NCBI GenBank assembly: GCA_016712715.1
Contig: JADJQM010000001.1
Coordinates: 1,811,094 to 1,875,093 of the forward strand
Reading direction: 5' to 3'
Origin: Rhodospirillaceae bacterium
GTDB taxonomy: Bacteria; Pseudomonadota; Alphaproteobacteria; Dongiales; Dongiaceae
Length of the DNA: 64,000 nt
The notes below the pieces were generated by a model. That model was given only the letters and a program-made list of their open reading frames with translations. It did no database searches and was not told the DNA's origin. Made by a program: the position numbers and the translations under genes. Shown here piece after piece: positions 20,193 to 30,308 of the stretch. Numbering within the stretch: position 1 is the first letter of the stretch; each line of letters opens with the position of its first letter.

Positions 20193-21026
20193 ACGTCGAC
20201 CAAATCGAGGGTCATCAGGCCCAGCGCGTTCTGCGCCTCGATGCGCACCGGGATGGCCGGCAATTGCGGCACGGCCGGCGCCAGCCACAGCCGCGCCGAT
20301 TGCGGATAGAATTGCGACTGCGCCGCGGCCTGCGAAAAGCCCTGCAGCAATTGCGGCTGCGCCACGCATTCGGTGGCCGATCCGTCGTAATAGGATTGCT
20401 GCAACGGGTTGAGGTCGACGAAGCCTGCCTGGCTGAGCTTCAGATCATAGCGGCGCACGCCATCGAACAGCTTGAAGGTCCCCTGGCATTGATGCGTGCT
20501 GGCGAACTTCGCGACCAGCGCCACCACGGCACTGGCCGGATCCATCGTGCCATTGGCAAAGCCTTGGGCGGTTGCTTCCTGCGCCTGGCGGGTCAGCGGC
20601 TGCGCGTCGATGCCGACCTTGCCGCCGGCGCCATAGGTGAGGGTGACCGCTTCCTGCTTGCCCATGATCTGGGAGACCGAGCTGAACTGCTTGGGTGCCG
20701 CCGCCTGATTCTTGAGGGCGCCCTTGGCATTGATGCTGGCGGCATAAGGATGAAACATGCGCAAAGTGCCGGCGGTCTGCCCGTCGGCCGGATAATCCTA
20801 ACCGCCGTTTTCCAGGCACGGTGCCGGCGGGAAGGGTGACAGTGGTGGTGAGCGAGAAGACTGGCAGGCCCGCCATGTAGCCGGCATAGGTCAGGGTCAC
20901 TGGCCGCGACGCCTGGGCGGCGGGAACGCGGAACGCGCGCTCACCCACGCCAAGCAGGGCGACAGCGAAAACCGTCGCCGCCAGCAGCAGCGTTTTGGGC
21001 GCCGGCGATCTCGAAAAATAACGCAT
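20183..21026 (-). pseudogene. Secreted DUF3108-like protein, frameshifted
   Basis: The N-terminal signal peptide MRYFSRSPAPKTLLLAATVFAVALLG... (ORF 20445..21026) loses its frame near 20795-20810, where there is a TAG at 20798-20800 in the downstream frame. The sequence continues as DYPADGQTAGTLRMFHPYAASINAKG... (ORF 20183..20764). The family call is made from memory of DUF3108 composition. Confidence 0.5.
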
Positions 21027-21263
21027 TGATTGGCCTCGACGATTCAGGGGAGCAGGACTTATGAACTCGGCTCCTGGCGGCCACCTGTCAAGGCCGCCTT
21101 GGCCGGATCACGGCAGAGTGACTGTAACCCTTGCGACGCCGATACGATCCATGGGGCCAAGGTCCACCCGGCACGATCCAATTGACAGGTCGGGGGGCTG
21201 AGGCTAAACAACGCCCCTTGACGCCAGCGGCCGCCTTTTCTCGTTCGGCCGCATCTTCAGGGC

Positions 21264-21338
21264 GGGTGCGTAGCTCAGCGGGAGAGCACTACCTTCACAC
21301 GGTAGGGGTCACAGGTTCAATCCCTGTCGCACCCACCA
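21264..21338 (+). tRNA. tRNA-Val (anticodon CAC)
   Basis: Hand-folded cloverleaf. Acceptor GGGTGCG/CGCACCC, D arm GCTC-AGCGGGA-GAGC, anticodon arm CTACC-TTCACAC-GGTAG, T arm ACAGG-TTCAATC-CCTGT, discriminator A, encoded CCA. Confidence 0.92.
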
Positions 21339-21341
21339 TTC

Positions 21342-21367
21342 AAGCATCTGAAATAGAATGCTTTTAT
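21342..21367 (+). terminator. Weak hairpin plus T-run after tRNA-Val
   Basis: AAGCAT-ctgaaataga-ATGCTT followed by TTAT. The stem is only 6 bp and AT-rich. Confidence 0.3.
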
Positions 21368-21403
21368 GGATTCGCCTCGGCCCACGCCGCCACCGGGTTC
21401 ACG

Positions 21404-22233
21404 TCATTGCACCAGGGGTGAATGGGCCGCCTCGATCTCGATCCCCTCGATCCTCGCCTGCCCCGCCAGCAGCATGATGTATTGCCGCGTCGCGGTGTGG
21501 AGCGATTGGGTGCGCAGGTAGCGGGCGATGGTGTCGCGGCTGACCTCGAACTCGGCCGGCACTGCATCCACTTTCCGGTCCAACTGGATCACATGGACGC
21601 CGTAGCGAGTCTCGACCGACAGCGGACAGAGTTCGCCGGCATTGAGGCTGAAGAGGTAGGTCTCGAATTCCGGCACGGTGTCACCGCGCGCGAGCAGCCC
21701 GAGACGGCCATCCTGTTTGCCGGACGGACAGGCGGAGTGGCGGGCCGCCAGTTCGGCAAATCTGTCCGGATCGGCCTGTAAGCTGGCGATGATCTCGGCC
21801 GCGAGCGCCTTGCCGGCCGTCCGTTCCTCGGCCTCGTCCGGGGCGATGCCAGCAGGATATGCCGCGCTTCGAACAGGGCAGGCGAGCCGAACTGGGCGCG
21901 GTTGTTGTCGAAGTAGCGGCGGCAACTTTCGTCATCTGGCTCGGGACAGCGGATTTCCCGCTCGATCAGGGCAGCGATCCGTGGATCGTCACCGAGATCG
22001 TCATCGGCTGATGCTTCTTCGGCCAGGCCCTGGCGGTTCGCCTCCTGCAGCAGGAGTTCCCGCACGACGAGCGCACGTGTCGCCGCTTCGCGCGCGTCGG
22101 CGAGGGAGCCAGCCGGGTGATGCTGCATCTCGCGCGCGATGTCGAATTCCGTGATCTCGACCCCGTCCACGCGGACGGGCACGATCTCCAGGACCGGCTC
22201 GGCTTTCTTGTTGCTATGACTGGCGCAGCTCAT
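21404..22233 (-). pseudogene. PpiC-type peptidyl-prolyl isomerase associated with the nar operon, frameshifted
   Basis: The start ATG 22233 overlaps the narI stop (TGATG): MSCASHSNKKAEP...RRYFDNNRAQFGSPALFEARHILLA. The frame breaks at about 21847-21851 and resumes as IAPDEAEERTAGKALAAEIIASLQADPDRFAELAARHSACPSGKQDGRLG (ORF 21404..21925). Confidence 0.7.
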
Positions 22234-22928
22234 CACGACACCCTCTTTCCGGCGCGGCGGCGCACGACCTGATAGGGCCGCAGCACATAAAAGACCGGCG
22301 CGCTCCAGATATGGACCAGGCGGCTGAACGGGAACACCAGGAACAGGGTGAAACCGAGGATGAGGTGGGCCTGGTAGACCCAGGACAATTGGCCGATCGC
22401 CGCCGCATCGATCCCGCGCAGGGTCACCAGATGCTGGCAATATTCCGCCAGCACGACCATGACGCTGCCGTCGAGATGATGGCTCGACGAATAGATCGAG
22501 ATCAGCCCCAGCACGAGTTGCGCCCAGAGCAGCAGCACGATGCAGATGTCCATATGCGAACTGGTGGCGCGGATGCGCGGATCGGTCAGCCGGCGATGGA
22601 TGAGCAATGTGAGGCCGATGAAGCAGACCGTGCCGAACACGCCGCCGGCGATCATGGCGAGGAGCTGCTTCTGCTCGACGGTGACGAACAGGGTATAGAA
22701 TTGGTGCGGCGTCAGCAGCCCCACCACATGGCCCATCATCAACAGCAGGATGTCGACATGGAACAGATTGGATCCCCAACGCAATTGCTTCGTGCGCAGC
22801 ATCTGGCTGGGCCAGAGCGCCAGGAATATTGCTCGCGGTCGAAGCGGATGAGGCTGCCGACCAGGAAGACGCTGACGGCAACATATGGATAGATGCCGAA
22901 GGCAAGCTGGAGTGAAGAACTCGTTCAT
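22233..22928 (-). pseudogene. narI: Respiratory nitrate reductase gamma subunit NarI with an out-of-frame N-terminal segment
   Basis: ORF 22233..23003 from ATG 22928. From SQMLRTKQLRWGSNLFHV... to the C-terminus it is typical NarI. Codons between about 22811 and 22913 read as nonsense in-frame. In another frame they read LQLAFGIYPYVAVSVFLVGSLIRFDREQYSWRSG, the conserved NarI TM1. Confidence 0.75.
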
Positions 22929-23641
22929 TTCTGCGCCTCCGTCATGGGGGATTGCGCGCCTTGCGCATTCATGCGGGCCAGCATCGCGCTCGCACGGCCG
23001 CAATCGCTGCTCTTCTGCGGGTCGTTGTCCGGACCGAACGCCACGGCCTGTTCTTCCCAGGCGCGGTCGATCGCTTCCGGCGTGTCGTCGCGCTCGACCT
23101 CCGCCACGTCAAGCAATGGCTTCACCCCGGCGAGATGGAGGAGATTGCCGAGCGGGATCGCATAGGGGCTTTCCCGCGTCAGCAGGCCCTTGTGGATACC
23201 TTGCAGGATCGGCGCCACATCCTTCAACCCGGCCTTTGCTTCCGCAAGCGGCAGCAGGGCCAGATATTCGAGATACATGGGGAGGAAATCGGGCAGCTCG
23301 GTTTCGTCGGCGAACAGGCCGGCGGCGCCATAGACCTCACGCAGATTGACCATGGCCATGCCGCGGTCGCGGGATTCGCCATGGACATGCTCGAAGAGAT
23401 GGAGCGAGACCTGGCGCGACTTGTCGAACACACCGACATAGCTCTCCTGCGCCTCGATAAGGTCGCGCGCCGCCAGCGTGCCGGCAAAGCGCGCCAGCTC
23501 ATCAAGCTGGGCACGTGGCAACAAGGCTTCCTGCCGCATGGCGGCCAGAATGTCCGGCACAGCCCCGACCACGGCCGCATCCGGATAGGTCAGCAGCCAG
23601 CCCAGGGCCTTGAAGGTCAGTGTCTGTTGCTGTGCCATCAC
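22925..23641 (-). CDS. narJ: Nitrate reductase molybdenum cofactor assembly chaperone NarJ
   Basis: ORF 22925..23641 lies between narH and narI. NarJ-like sequence LLTYPD...ESYVGVFD...LHLFEHVHGESRDRG...LPDFLPMYLEYL. Confidence 0.88.
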   Translation of the reverse strand: MMAQQQTLTFKALGWLLTYPDAAVVGAVPDILAAMRQEALLPRAQLDELARFAGTLAARDLIEAQESYVGVFDKSRQVSLHLFEHVHGESRDRGMAMVNLREVYGAAGLFADETELPDFLPMYLEYLALLPLAEAKAGLKDVAPILQGIHKGLLTRESPYAIPLGNLLHLAGVKPLLDVAEVERDDTPEAIDRAWEEQAVAFGPDNDPQKSSDCGRASAMLARMNAQGAQSPMTEAQK

Positions 23642-25157
23642 ACGGCCTCCTTTGCGCTTTTTGACTTCGGCTTCTGGCCGAACAGGCTGGCGGTCGAGGC
23701 GCCATCGGAACAGCCATTGCCGAAGGTGAAACCGCAGCCGCCTTTCATATCGAAGGTGTTCTCGGCATACTCGCGGTGCGTGCTGGGGATCACGAAGCGA
23801 TCCTCATAGTTGGCGATGGCGAGATAGCGGTACATGTCATCGACCTCGGCCTGGGTGAGGCCGACACGGCTGAGCAGCGCCGTGTTCTCGACGCCGTCGA
23901 CATGGCGGCCGCGCATGAAGGCGCGCATCGCCATCATCCGCTGCAGCGCCTGCTCGACCGGCTGCTCATCGCCGGCGGTAAGCAAGTTGGCGAGATACTT
24001 CATCGGGATGCGCAGCTTGGAGAGGTCCGGGAGATCGCCGTCCCAGCCGATCTTGCCGCTTTCGGCGGCACCCTGGATCGGCGACAAGGGCGGCACGTAC
24101 CAGACCATCGGCAGGGTGCGGTATTCGGGGTGCAGCGGGAAGGCGATCTTCCACTCGATCGCCATCTTGAGGTCGGCGATTTCTGCGCGGCCTCAAGCCA
24201 GGCCTCGGGGATGCCGTCCTTGCGCGCCTGTTCCAGCACCGCCGGGTCGTTGGGGTTGAGGAAGATGTCGAGCTGGGCCTGATAGAGGTCCGTCTCCAGC
24301 GCAACACTGGCCGCTTCCTCGATGCGGTCGGCATCATAGAGGAGGACGCCCAGATAGCGGATGCGGCCGACGCAGGTTTCTGAACACACGGTCGGCTCAC
24401 CGACCTCGATGCGCGGATAGCAGAAGGTGCATTTCTCGGCCTTGCCGCTCTGCCAGTTGTAGTAAATCTTCTTGTAGGGACAAGCGGAGACGCACATGCG
24501 CCAGCCGCGGCACTTGTCCTGGTCGACCAGGACGATACCGTCCTCCTCGCGCTTGTAGATCGAGCCTGAGGGACAGGCGGCGACGCAGGCCGGGTTGAGG
24601 CAATGTTCACAAAGGCGCGGCAGATAGAACATGAAGGTGTTCTCGAACTGGCCGTAGATTTCCTTCTGCACATTGTCGAAATTCTTGTCGAGGCTGCGCT
24701 TGCGGAACTCGGTGCCGAGGATCTCCTCCCAATTGGGACCCCATTCGATCTTCTCCATGCGCTCGCCGGTGATGAGCGAGCGCGGCCGCGCGGTGGGCGC
24801 TGCCTGCATCTCGGGTGCGTTGTGGAGATGCTCGTAGTCGAAGGTGAAGGGTTCGTAGTAATCGTCGATCTGCGGCAGGTTGGGGTTGGCGAAGATCTGC
24901 GCCAGCAGCCGCCACTTGCCGCCGATGCGCGGCTCGATGCGGCCATTGGCCTTGCGGCGCCAGCCGCCCTGCCACTTGTCCTGGTTCTCCCATTGCTTGG
25001 GATAGCCGATGCCGGGCTTGGTCTCGACATTGTTGAACCAGGCATATTCGACGCCTTCGCGGCTGGTCCAGACGTTCTTGCAGGTCACCGAGCAGGTATG
25101 GCAACCGATGCACTTGTCGAGGTTCAGCACCATGGCGATCTGAGCACGTATTTTCAT
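23638..25157 (-). pseudogene. narH: Respiratory nitrate reductase beta subunit NarH, frameshifted
   Basis: ORF 24000..25157 (MKIRAQIAMVLNLDKCIGCHTCSVTCK...) runs in frame to ...EAWLEAAQKSP. The frame then breaks at about 24172-24178. The C-terminal third, LKMAIEWKIAFPLHPEYRTLPMVWYVPPLSPI..., is in ORF 23638..24165. The combined length is about 507 aa, as expected for NarH. Confidence 0.8.
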
Positions 25158-25171
25158 GACTTTCGCCCTTC

Positions 25172-28100
25172 CTATTCCGCGGCCTTGGCGGGATCCGCCG
25201 GTTGATCCAGCCAGTCGACCTTGTCCATCTTGCGGACAATGACGAACTCGTCCCGGTTCGTGCCGATGGTGCCGTAGTAGTTGAAGCCCCAGCTCTGCTG
25301 GGCGTAGCCGCCGATCATATGCGTGGGCTTCGGACAGGTGCGGGTGACGGAATTATGGATGCCGCCGCGGGCACCGGTGATCTCGGAGCCCGGTACATTC
25401 ACGATCTTTTCCTGGGCGTGGTACATCAGCACCATGCCTTCCGGCACGCGCTGGCTGACCACGGCGCGGGCGACCAGGGCGCCGTTGACGTTGAACGCCT
25501 CGATCCAGTCATTGTCCTCGATGCCGACCTTGGCGGCGTCGATCTCGCTCAACCACACGATCGGTCCACCGCGCGACAAGGTCAGCATGATGAGATTGTC
25601 GGTATAGGTCGAATGGATGCCCCATTTCTGGTGCGGTGTGATGAAGTTGAGGGCGATCTCCTTGTTGCCGTTGGAGTGCTTGCCCAGCATCGGGTGAATA
25701 GTCTTGGTATCCACCGGCGGCTTGTAGAGCGCGAAGCCCTCGCCGAAAGCCAGCATCCAGGCATGATCCTGGTAGAGCTGCTGGCGACCGGTCAGCGTGC
25801 GCCAGGGAATGAGCTCATGCACGTTGGTGTAGCCGGCATTGTAGGTGACATGCTCGGATTCGATGCCGCTCCAGGTCGGCGACGAGATGATCTTCCGGGG
25901 CTGCGCCTGCAGGTCGCGGAAACGCAGCTTGTCATCCTGGCGCGGCAAGGCGAGATGGGTGTGATCGAGCCCAGTGATCTTGCTCAAGGCCGCCCAGGCC
26001 TTGACCGAGACCTCGCCATTGGTTTCCGGGGCGAGCGTCAGGATCATCTCGGTGGCATCGATGTCGCTGCTGAGCCGCGGCATCCCCTTGGTGATCCCCT
26101 CCTCCAGCACCGCGCCGTTGAGCTGTTTCAGGAACTCGACCTCGTGGCTGGTGTTCCAGGCGATGCCCTTGCCGCCATTGCCGATCTTGGTCAGCAGCGG
26201 GCCGATCGCCGTGAACTTGCGGTAGGTGTTGGGATAGTCGCGTTCGACCACGGTCATCCCCGGCATGGTCTTGCCCGGGACCGGATCGCATTCGCCCTTG
26301 GTCCAATCCTTCGGTGTGAAGGGCTGGGCTAGTTCGCCCGGCGTGTCATGCATGATGGGCGTCGTCACCAGGTCCTTCTCGACGCCGAGATGCCCCACCA
26401 CCAGCTCCGAGAACTTTGCCGCGATCCCCTTGAAGATGTGCCAGTCGGTGCGCGACTGCCAGGCGGGATCGACCGCCGCCGAGAGCGGGTGGATGAAGGG
26501 ATGCATGTCGGAGGTGTTGAGATCGTTCTTTTCGTACCAAGTAGCGGTCGGCAACACGATGTCGGAATAGACAGCCGTGGTCGACATGCGGAAATCGATC
26601 GTCACCAGGAGATCGAGCTTGCCTTCCGGCGCCTTGTCCTGCCAGGGAACCTCGACCGGCTTCTGCTCGCCCATCTGCCCCAGATCCTTGCCCTGCACGC
26701 CATGGCTGGCGCCGAGCAGGTGCTTGAGGAAGTATTCATGCCCCTTGCCGCTGGACCCGAGCAGGTTCGAGCGCCAGACGAACATGTTGCGCGGATAGGC
26801 GCGCGGATCGTCCGGGTTGGTGCAGGCGAGTTCCACCTTGCCGGCCTTCAACTGCTCGACCGTGTAGGGGATCGGCTCCTTGCCGGCGGCGGCCGCATCG
26901 CGGGTCACCTGCAACGGATTGCTCATCAGCTGCGGTGCCGAGGGCAACCAGCCCATGCGTTCGGCACGGACGTTGTAATCGATGAGGCTGCCGGCCAGGG
27001 CGCTCTTGGCCATGTCCGGATCCGCCAGCGGCGAGAGGATGGTCTCGACCTTCAGCTTCTCGTAGCGCCATTGATCGGTATGGGCATAGAAGAACGAGGT
27101 CGAGTTCATCTGCCGCGACGGGCGATGCCAGTCGAGGGCGAAGGCGAGCGGCGTCCAGCCGGTCTGCGGGCGCAGTTTCTCCTGGCCGACATAATGCGAC
27201 CAGCCGCCACCCGGCTGACCCACGCAACCGCACATCACCAGAAGATTGATGATCCCCCGATAGATCATGTCGCAATGGTACCAGTGGTTGACACCCGCCC
27301 CCAGAATCACCATCGAACGGCCCTTGGTCTTGTGGGCGTTCTCGGCGAATTCGCGTGCCGTCACGATGACATGGGCACGCGGCACCCCGGTGATCCTTTC
27401 CTGCCAGGCCGGGCTGTAGGGCTGGTCGTCATCGAAGCTGGTGGCGACATTGCCGCCGCCAAGGCCCCGATCGATGCCGTAATTGGCGAGCAGCAGGTCG
27501 TAAACGGTGGCGACCGTCACCTCGCCCTCCGCGGTCTGGATCTTCCGGACCGGCACATGGCGCATCAGGATGTCGTCATGCTCGGTATGCTGAAAATGCT
27601 CGTGACGCGCCCCGCCGAAATAGGGGAAGGCGACCGACGCCACCGCATCGCGCTCCTCGATGAGGCTGAGGCGCGGATGGATCTCGGCGCCGTTCAACCC
27701 GTCCTTCTCCTCGAGATTCCATTTTCCCTGCTGGCCCCAGCGGAAGCCGATCGAGCCATTGGGCGCCACGATGCGGCCGCTCTTCTCGTCGATGAGCAGC
27801 GTCTTCCATTCCGGGTTGTTAGCCTCGCCCAGCTTGTCGGCAAAGTCCGAGGCGCGCAGGAAACGGTCCGGCACCAGGCGGCCATCGCGCGACACCAGGC
27901 GCACCAGCATCGGCATGTCGCTGTACTTGCGGCAGTAATTGTCGAAATAGTCGCTCTTGCCCGGCACATGCCATTCCTTGAGGATGACATGGCCCATGGC
28001 CATGGCGAGGGCCGCGTCGGTGCCCTGCTTTGGGTGCAGCCACAGATCGGCGAATTTAGACGCTTCGCTGAAATCGGGCGAGACGACGACGGCCTTGGTG

Positions 28101-28924
28101 CCCTTGTAGCGCACCTCGGTGAAGAAATGGGCGTCCGGTGTCCGCGTCTGCGGCACGTTGGAGCCCCACAACATGATGAAGCCGGAATTGTACCAATCCG
28201 CCGATTCCGGCACGTCGGTCTGCTCGCCCCAGGTCTGCGGGCTGGAGGGCGGCAGATCGCAATACCAATCGTAGAAGCTCAAGGCCACGCCGCCGATGAG
28301 GCTTAAGTAGCGCGTGCCGGCGGCATAGGACACCATCGACATGGCCGGGATCGGCGAGAAGCCGACGACGCGGTCCGGACCCCAGACCTTGGCCGTGTGG
28401 ACGTTGGCAGCCGCGATGATCTCGTTGGCTTCCTCCCAGGTGACGCGGACGAAGCCGCCGCGACCGCGGATCTCCTTATAGGATTTCGAGGCCACCGGAT
28501 CGTTGACGATCGAGGCCCAGGCCGCCACCGGGTCCTTGTGCGTTTCCTTGGCCGCGCGCCACAGGCGAACGAGGCGACCGCGCACCATCGGATATTTCAG
28601 GCGGTTGGCGCTGTAGAGATACCAGGAATAGCTGGCGCCGCGCGAGCAGCCGCGCGGTTCGTGGTTGGGCAGGTCCGGGCGCGTGCGCGGATAGTCGGTC
28701 TGCTGCGTCTCCCAGGTGACGATACCGCCCTTGACGTAGACCTTCCAGCTGCACGACCCGGTGCAGTTGACACCGTGGGTCGAGCGCACGATGCGGTCAT
28801 GGGCCCAGCGCTGGCGATAGGCATCTTCCCACTGGCGATCCTCGGTCGTGACCAGACCGTGGCCGTCGGAGAAATTCTCCTGCCGCTGCTTGAAATACAT
28901 CAGTCGGTCCAGAAAATGGCTCAT
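25172..28924 (-). CDS. narG: Respiratory nitrate reductase alpha subunit NarG
   Basis: ORF 25172..28924, 1250 aa. FS0 ligand motif HGVNCTGSCSWKVY. Molybdopterin oxidoreductase domains are present throughout. Confidence 0.97.
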   Translation of the reverse strand: MSHFLDRLMYFKQRQENFSDGHGLVTTEDRQWEDAYRQRWAHDRIVRSTHGVNCTGSCSWKVYVKGGIVTWETQQTDYPRTRPDLPNHEPRGCSRGASYSWYLYSANRLKYPMVRGRLVRLWRAAKETHKDPVAAWASIVNDPVASKSYKEIRGRGGFVRVTWEEANEIIAAANVHTAKVWGPDRVVGFSPIPAMSMVSYAAGTRYLSLIGGVALSFYDWYCDLPPSSPQTWGEQTDVPESADWYNSGFIMLWGSNVPQTRTPDAHFFTEVRYKGTKAVVVSPDFSEASKFADLWLHPKQGTDAALAMAMGHVILKEWHVPGKSDYFDNYCRKYSDMPMLVRLVSRDGRLVPDRFLRASDFADKLGEANNPEWKTLLIDEKSGRIVAPNGSIGFRWGQQGKWNLEEKDGLNGAEIHPRLSLIEERDAVASVAFPYFGGARHEHFQHTEHDDILMRHVPVRKIQTAEGEVTVATVYDLLLANYGIDRGLGGGNVATSFDDDQPYSPAWQERITGVPRAHVIVTAREFAENAHKTKGRSMVILGAGVNHWYHCDMIYRGIINLLVMCGCVGQPGGGWSHYVGQEKLRPQTGWTPLAFALDWHRPSRQMNSTSFFYAHTDQWRYEKLKVETILSPLADPDMAKSALAGSLIDYNVRAERMGWLPSAPQLMSNPLQVTRDAAAAGKEPIPYTVEQLKAGKVELACTNPDDPRAYPRNMFVWRSNLLGSSGKGHEYFLKHLLGASHGVQGKDLGQMGEQKPVEVPWQDKAPEGKLDLLVTIDFRMSTTAVYSDIVLPTATWYEKNDLNTSDMHPFIHPLSAAVDPAWQSRTDWHIFKGIAAKFSELVVGHLGVEKDLVTTPIMHDTPGELAQPFTPKDWTKGECDPVPGKTMPGMTVVERDYPNTYRKFTAIGPLLTKIGNGGKGIAWNTSHEVEFLKQLNGAVLEEGITKGMPRLSSDIDATEMILTLAPETNGEVSVKAWAALSKITGLDHTHLALPRQDDKLRFRDLQAQPRKIISSPTWSGIESEHVTYNAGYTNVHELIPWRTLTGRQQLYQDHAWMLAFGEGFALYKPPVDTKTIHPMLGKHSNGNKEIALNFITPHQKWGIHSTYTDNLIMLTLSRGGPIVWLSEIDAAKVGIEDNDWIEAFNVNGALVARAVVSQRVPEGMVLMYHAQEKIVNVPGSEITGARGGIHNSVTRTCPKPTHMIGGYAQQSWGFNYYGTIGTNRDEFVIVRKMDKVDWLDQPADPAKAAE

Positions 28925-28943
28925 GGCTGTTTCTCCGCTTTAG

Positions 28944-30308
28944 TCAGCACTTCGCTTCGGCATTGGGCCGCGCGTAGTACCACCAGTTGATGCCGAAATT
29001 GACGAGGTAGAACACGGCCGCCGTCACGAAGAAGGCCGTGACGCCGCCGGTCCAGGAAATCGACTGCCCGATCATGATGCTGACCGCGAAGGGTCCATAG
29101 GCAGCGATGGCACCGGTGAAGCCGATGACGCCGCCCGCCTGGCGCGGCGGGAAGATCATCGGCATCTGCTTGAAGGTCGACGCGTTGCCGATGCCGGCGA
29201 AGAAGAAGATCGCGAGCATGAAGCCGACGAAATAGGGGAATTCCGCGAGGCTCTCCGGGGTCACGAAGAAGGTCACCGCGATCGTGCTGGCGATGAGACC
29301 GATGGCCGAGACGCTGGTGACCCGCGCGCCGCCATATTTGTCGGCGAGCGGTCCAGCGACTGTCCGCATGATCGACCCCACCAGCGGGCCATAGAAAGCA
29401 TAGGTGAGCGGATCGGGTGCGCCCTCGAAGCCGCCATAGAGCTGCTTGATGAGCAGCGGGAAGGTGGCCGAGAAGCCGGCAAAAGAGCCGAAGGTCATCA
29501 GATAGAGGCTCGTCATCAACCAGGTATGCTTGTTCTTGTTGATGTCGAACTGTTCCTTGAAGCTCGCCCGCACCGGCACCGAGCGCAGGGTGAACCAGGC
29601 AATGACGGCAAAGACGAAGATGAAGGGCACGTAGATGAGCGCGGCGTTCTGCAGCCACACATCCTTGGTGGCCTCGCCCTTGGTAAAGAGCTGCGGGTCG
29701 CCGGCCAACGTGCCGAAGAAGGCAAGACCGATGATCCACGGCGTCACGAATTGCACGACGCTGACGCCGAGATTGCCGATGCCGGCCTGGATGGCCAGGG
29801 CCGTCCCCTGCAGGCGCTTCGGGAAGAACAGGCTGGTCGAGGGCATGAAGCTGGAGAAATTGCCGCCGCCCAACCCCGCGAGGAACGCAAAGGTCATCAG
29901 CACCCAGTAGGGCGTGGTCGGGTCCTGGATGATGATCACCCAGCCGATCGCCGGCAGCAGCAATGTCAGGCTGGAAATCGTCACGACATGGCGCGTGCCG
30001 TAAAGCGGCGTCAGCAGGTTGTGGATGAGGCGGAACGAGCCGCCGGCGAGACCCGGCATCGCCGTCAGCCAGAACAGTTCATCGGTGGTCAGTTGAAAGC
30101 CGATGCCTGGCAGCCGCACGACAAGCGCACTCACCAGGAACCAGATGGCGAAGGCCATGATGAGGTTGGCGGTCGTCACCCAGAGCGAGAGCCAGGCGCG
30201 ACGCTTGCCCTCGTTTTCCCAGAAACCGGCATCCTCCGGCATCCAGCGCGAGAGCCAGGTGCGGCTGTCGAGGGCAGATTTCGTTTCGCTAGCGTCGGCT
30301 GGCATCAT
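28944..30308 (-). CDS. narK: Nitrate/nitrite transporter, NarK2-type MFS
   Basis: ORF 28944..30308, 454 aa, 12 hydrophobic segments. Nitrate signature-like GIGNLGVSVVQ and FTGAIAAYGPF. RBS GGAG lies 7 nt upstream. Confidence 0.9.
   Translation of the reverse strand: MMPADASETKSALDSRTWLSRWMPEDAGFWENEGKRRAWLSLWVTTANLIMAFAIWFLVSALVVRLPGIGFQLTTDELFWLTAMPGLAGGSFRLIHNLLTPLYGTRHVVTISSLTLLLPAIGWVIIIQDPTTPYWVLMTFAFLAGLGGGNFSSFMPSTSLFFPKRLQGTALAIQAGIGNLGVSVVQFVTPWIIGLAFFGTLAGDPQLFTKGEATKDVWLQNAALIYVPFIFVFAVIAWFTLRSVPVRASFKEQFDINKNKHTWLMTSLYLMTFGSFAGFSATFPLLIKQLYGGFEGAPDPLTYAFYGPLVGSIMRTVAGPLADKYGGARVTSVSAIGLIASTIAVTFFVTPESLAEFPYFVGFMLAIFFFAGIGNASTFKQMPMIFPPRQAGGVIGFTGAIAAYGPFAVSIMIGQSISWTGGVTAFFVTAAVFYLVNFGINWWYYARPNAEAKC

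Noticed and set aside
21339-21403. Integrase, attL/attR repeats or other mobility genes next to tRNA-Val.
   Set aside because: No integrase or recombinase ORF is present, and by eye I found no duplicate of the tRNA 3' end elsewhere in the window. Island status therefore remains inference only.
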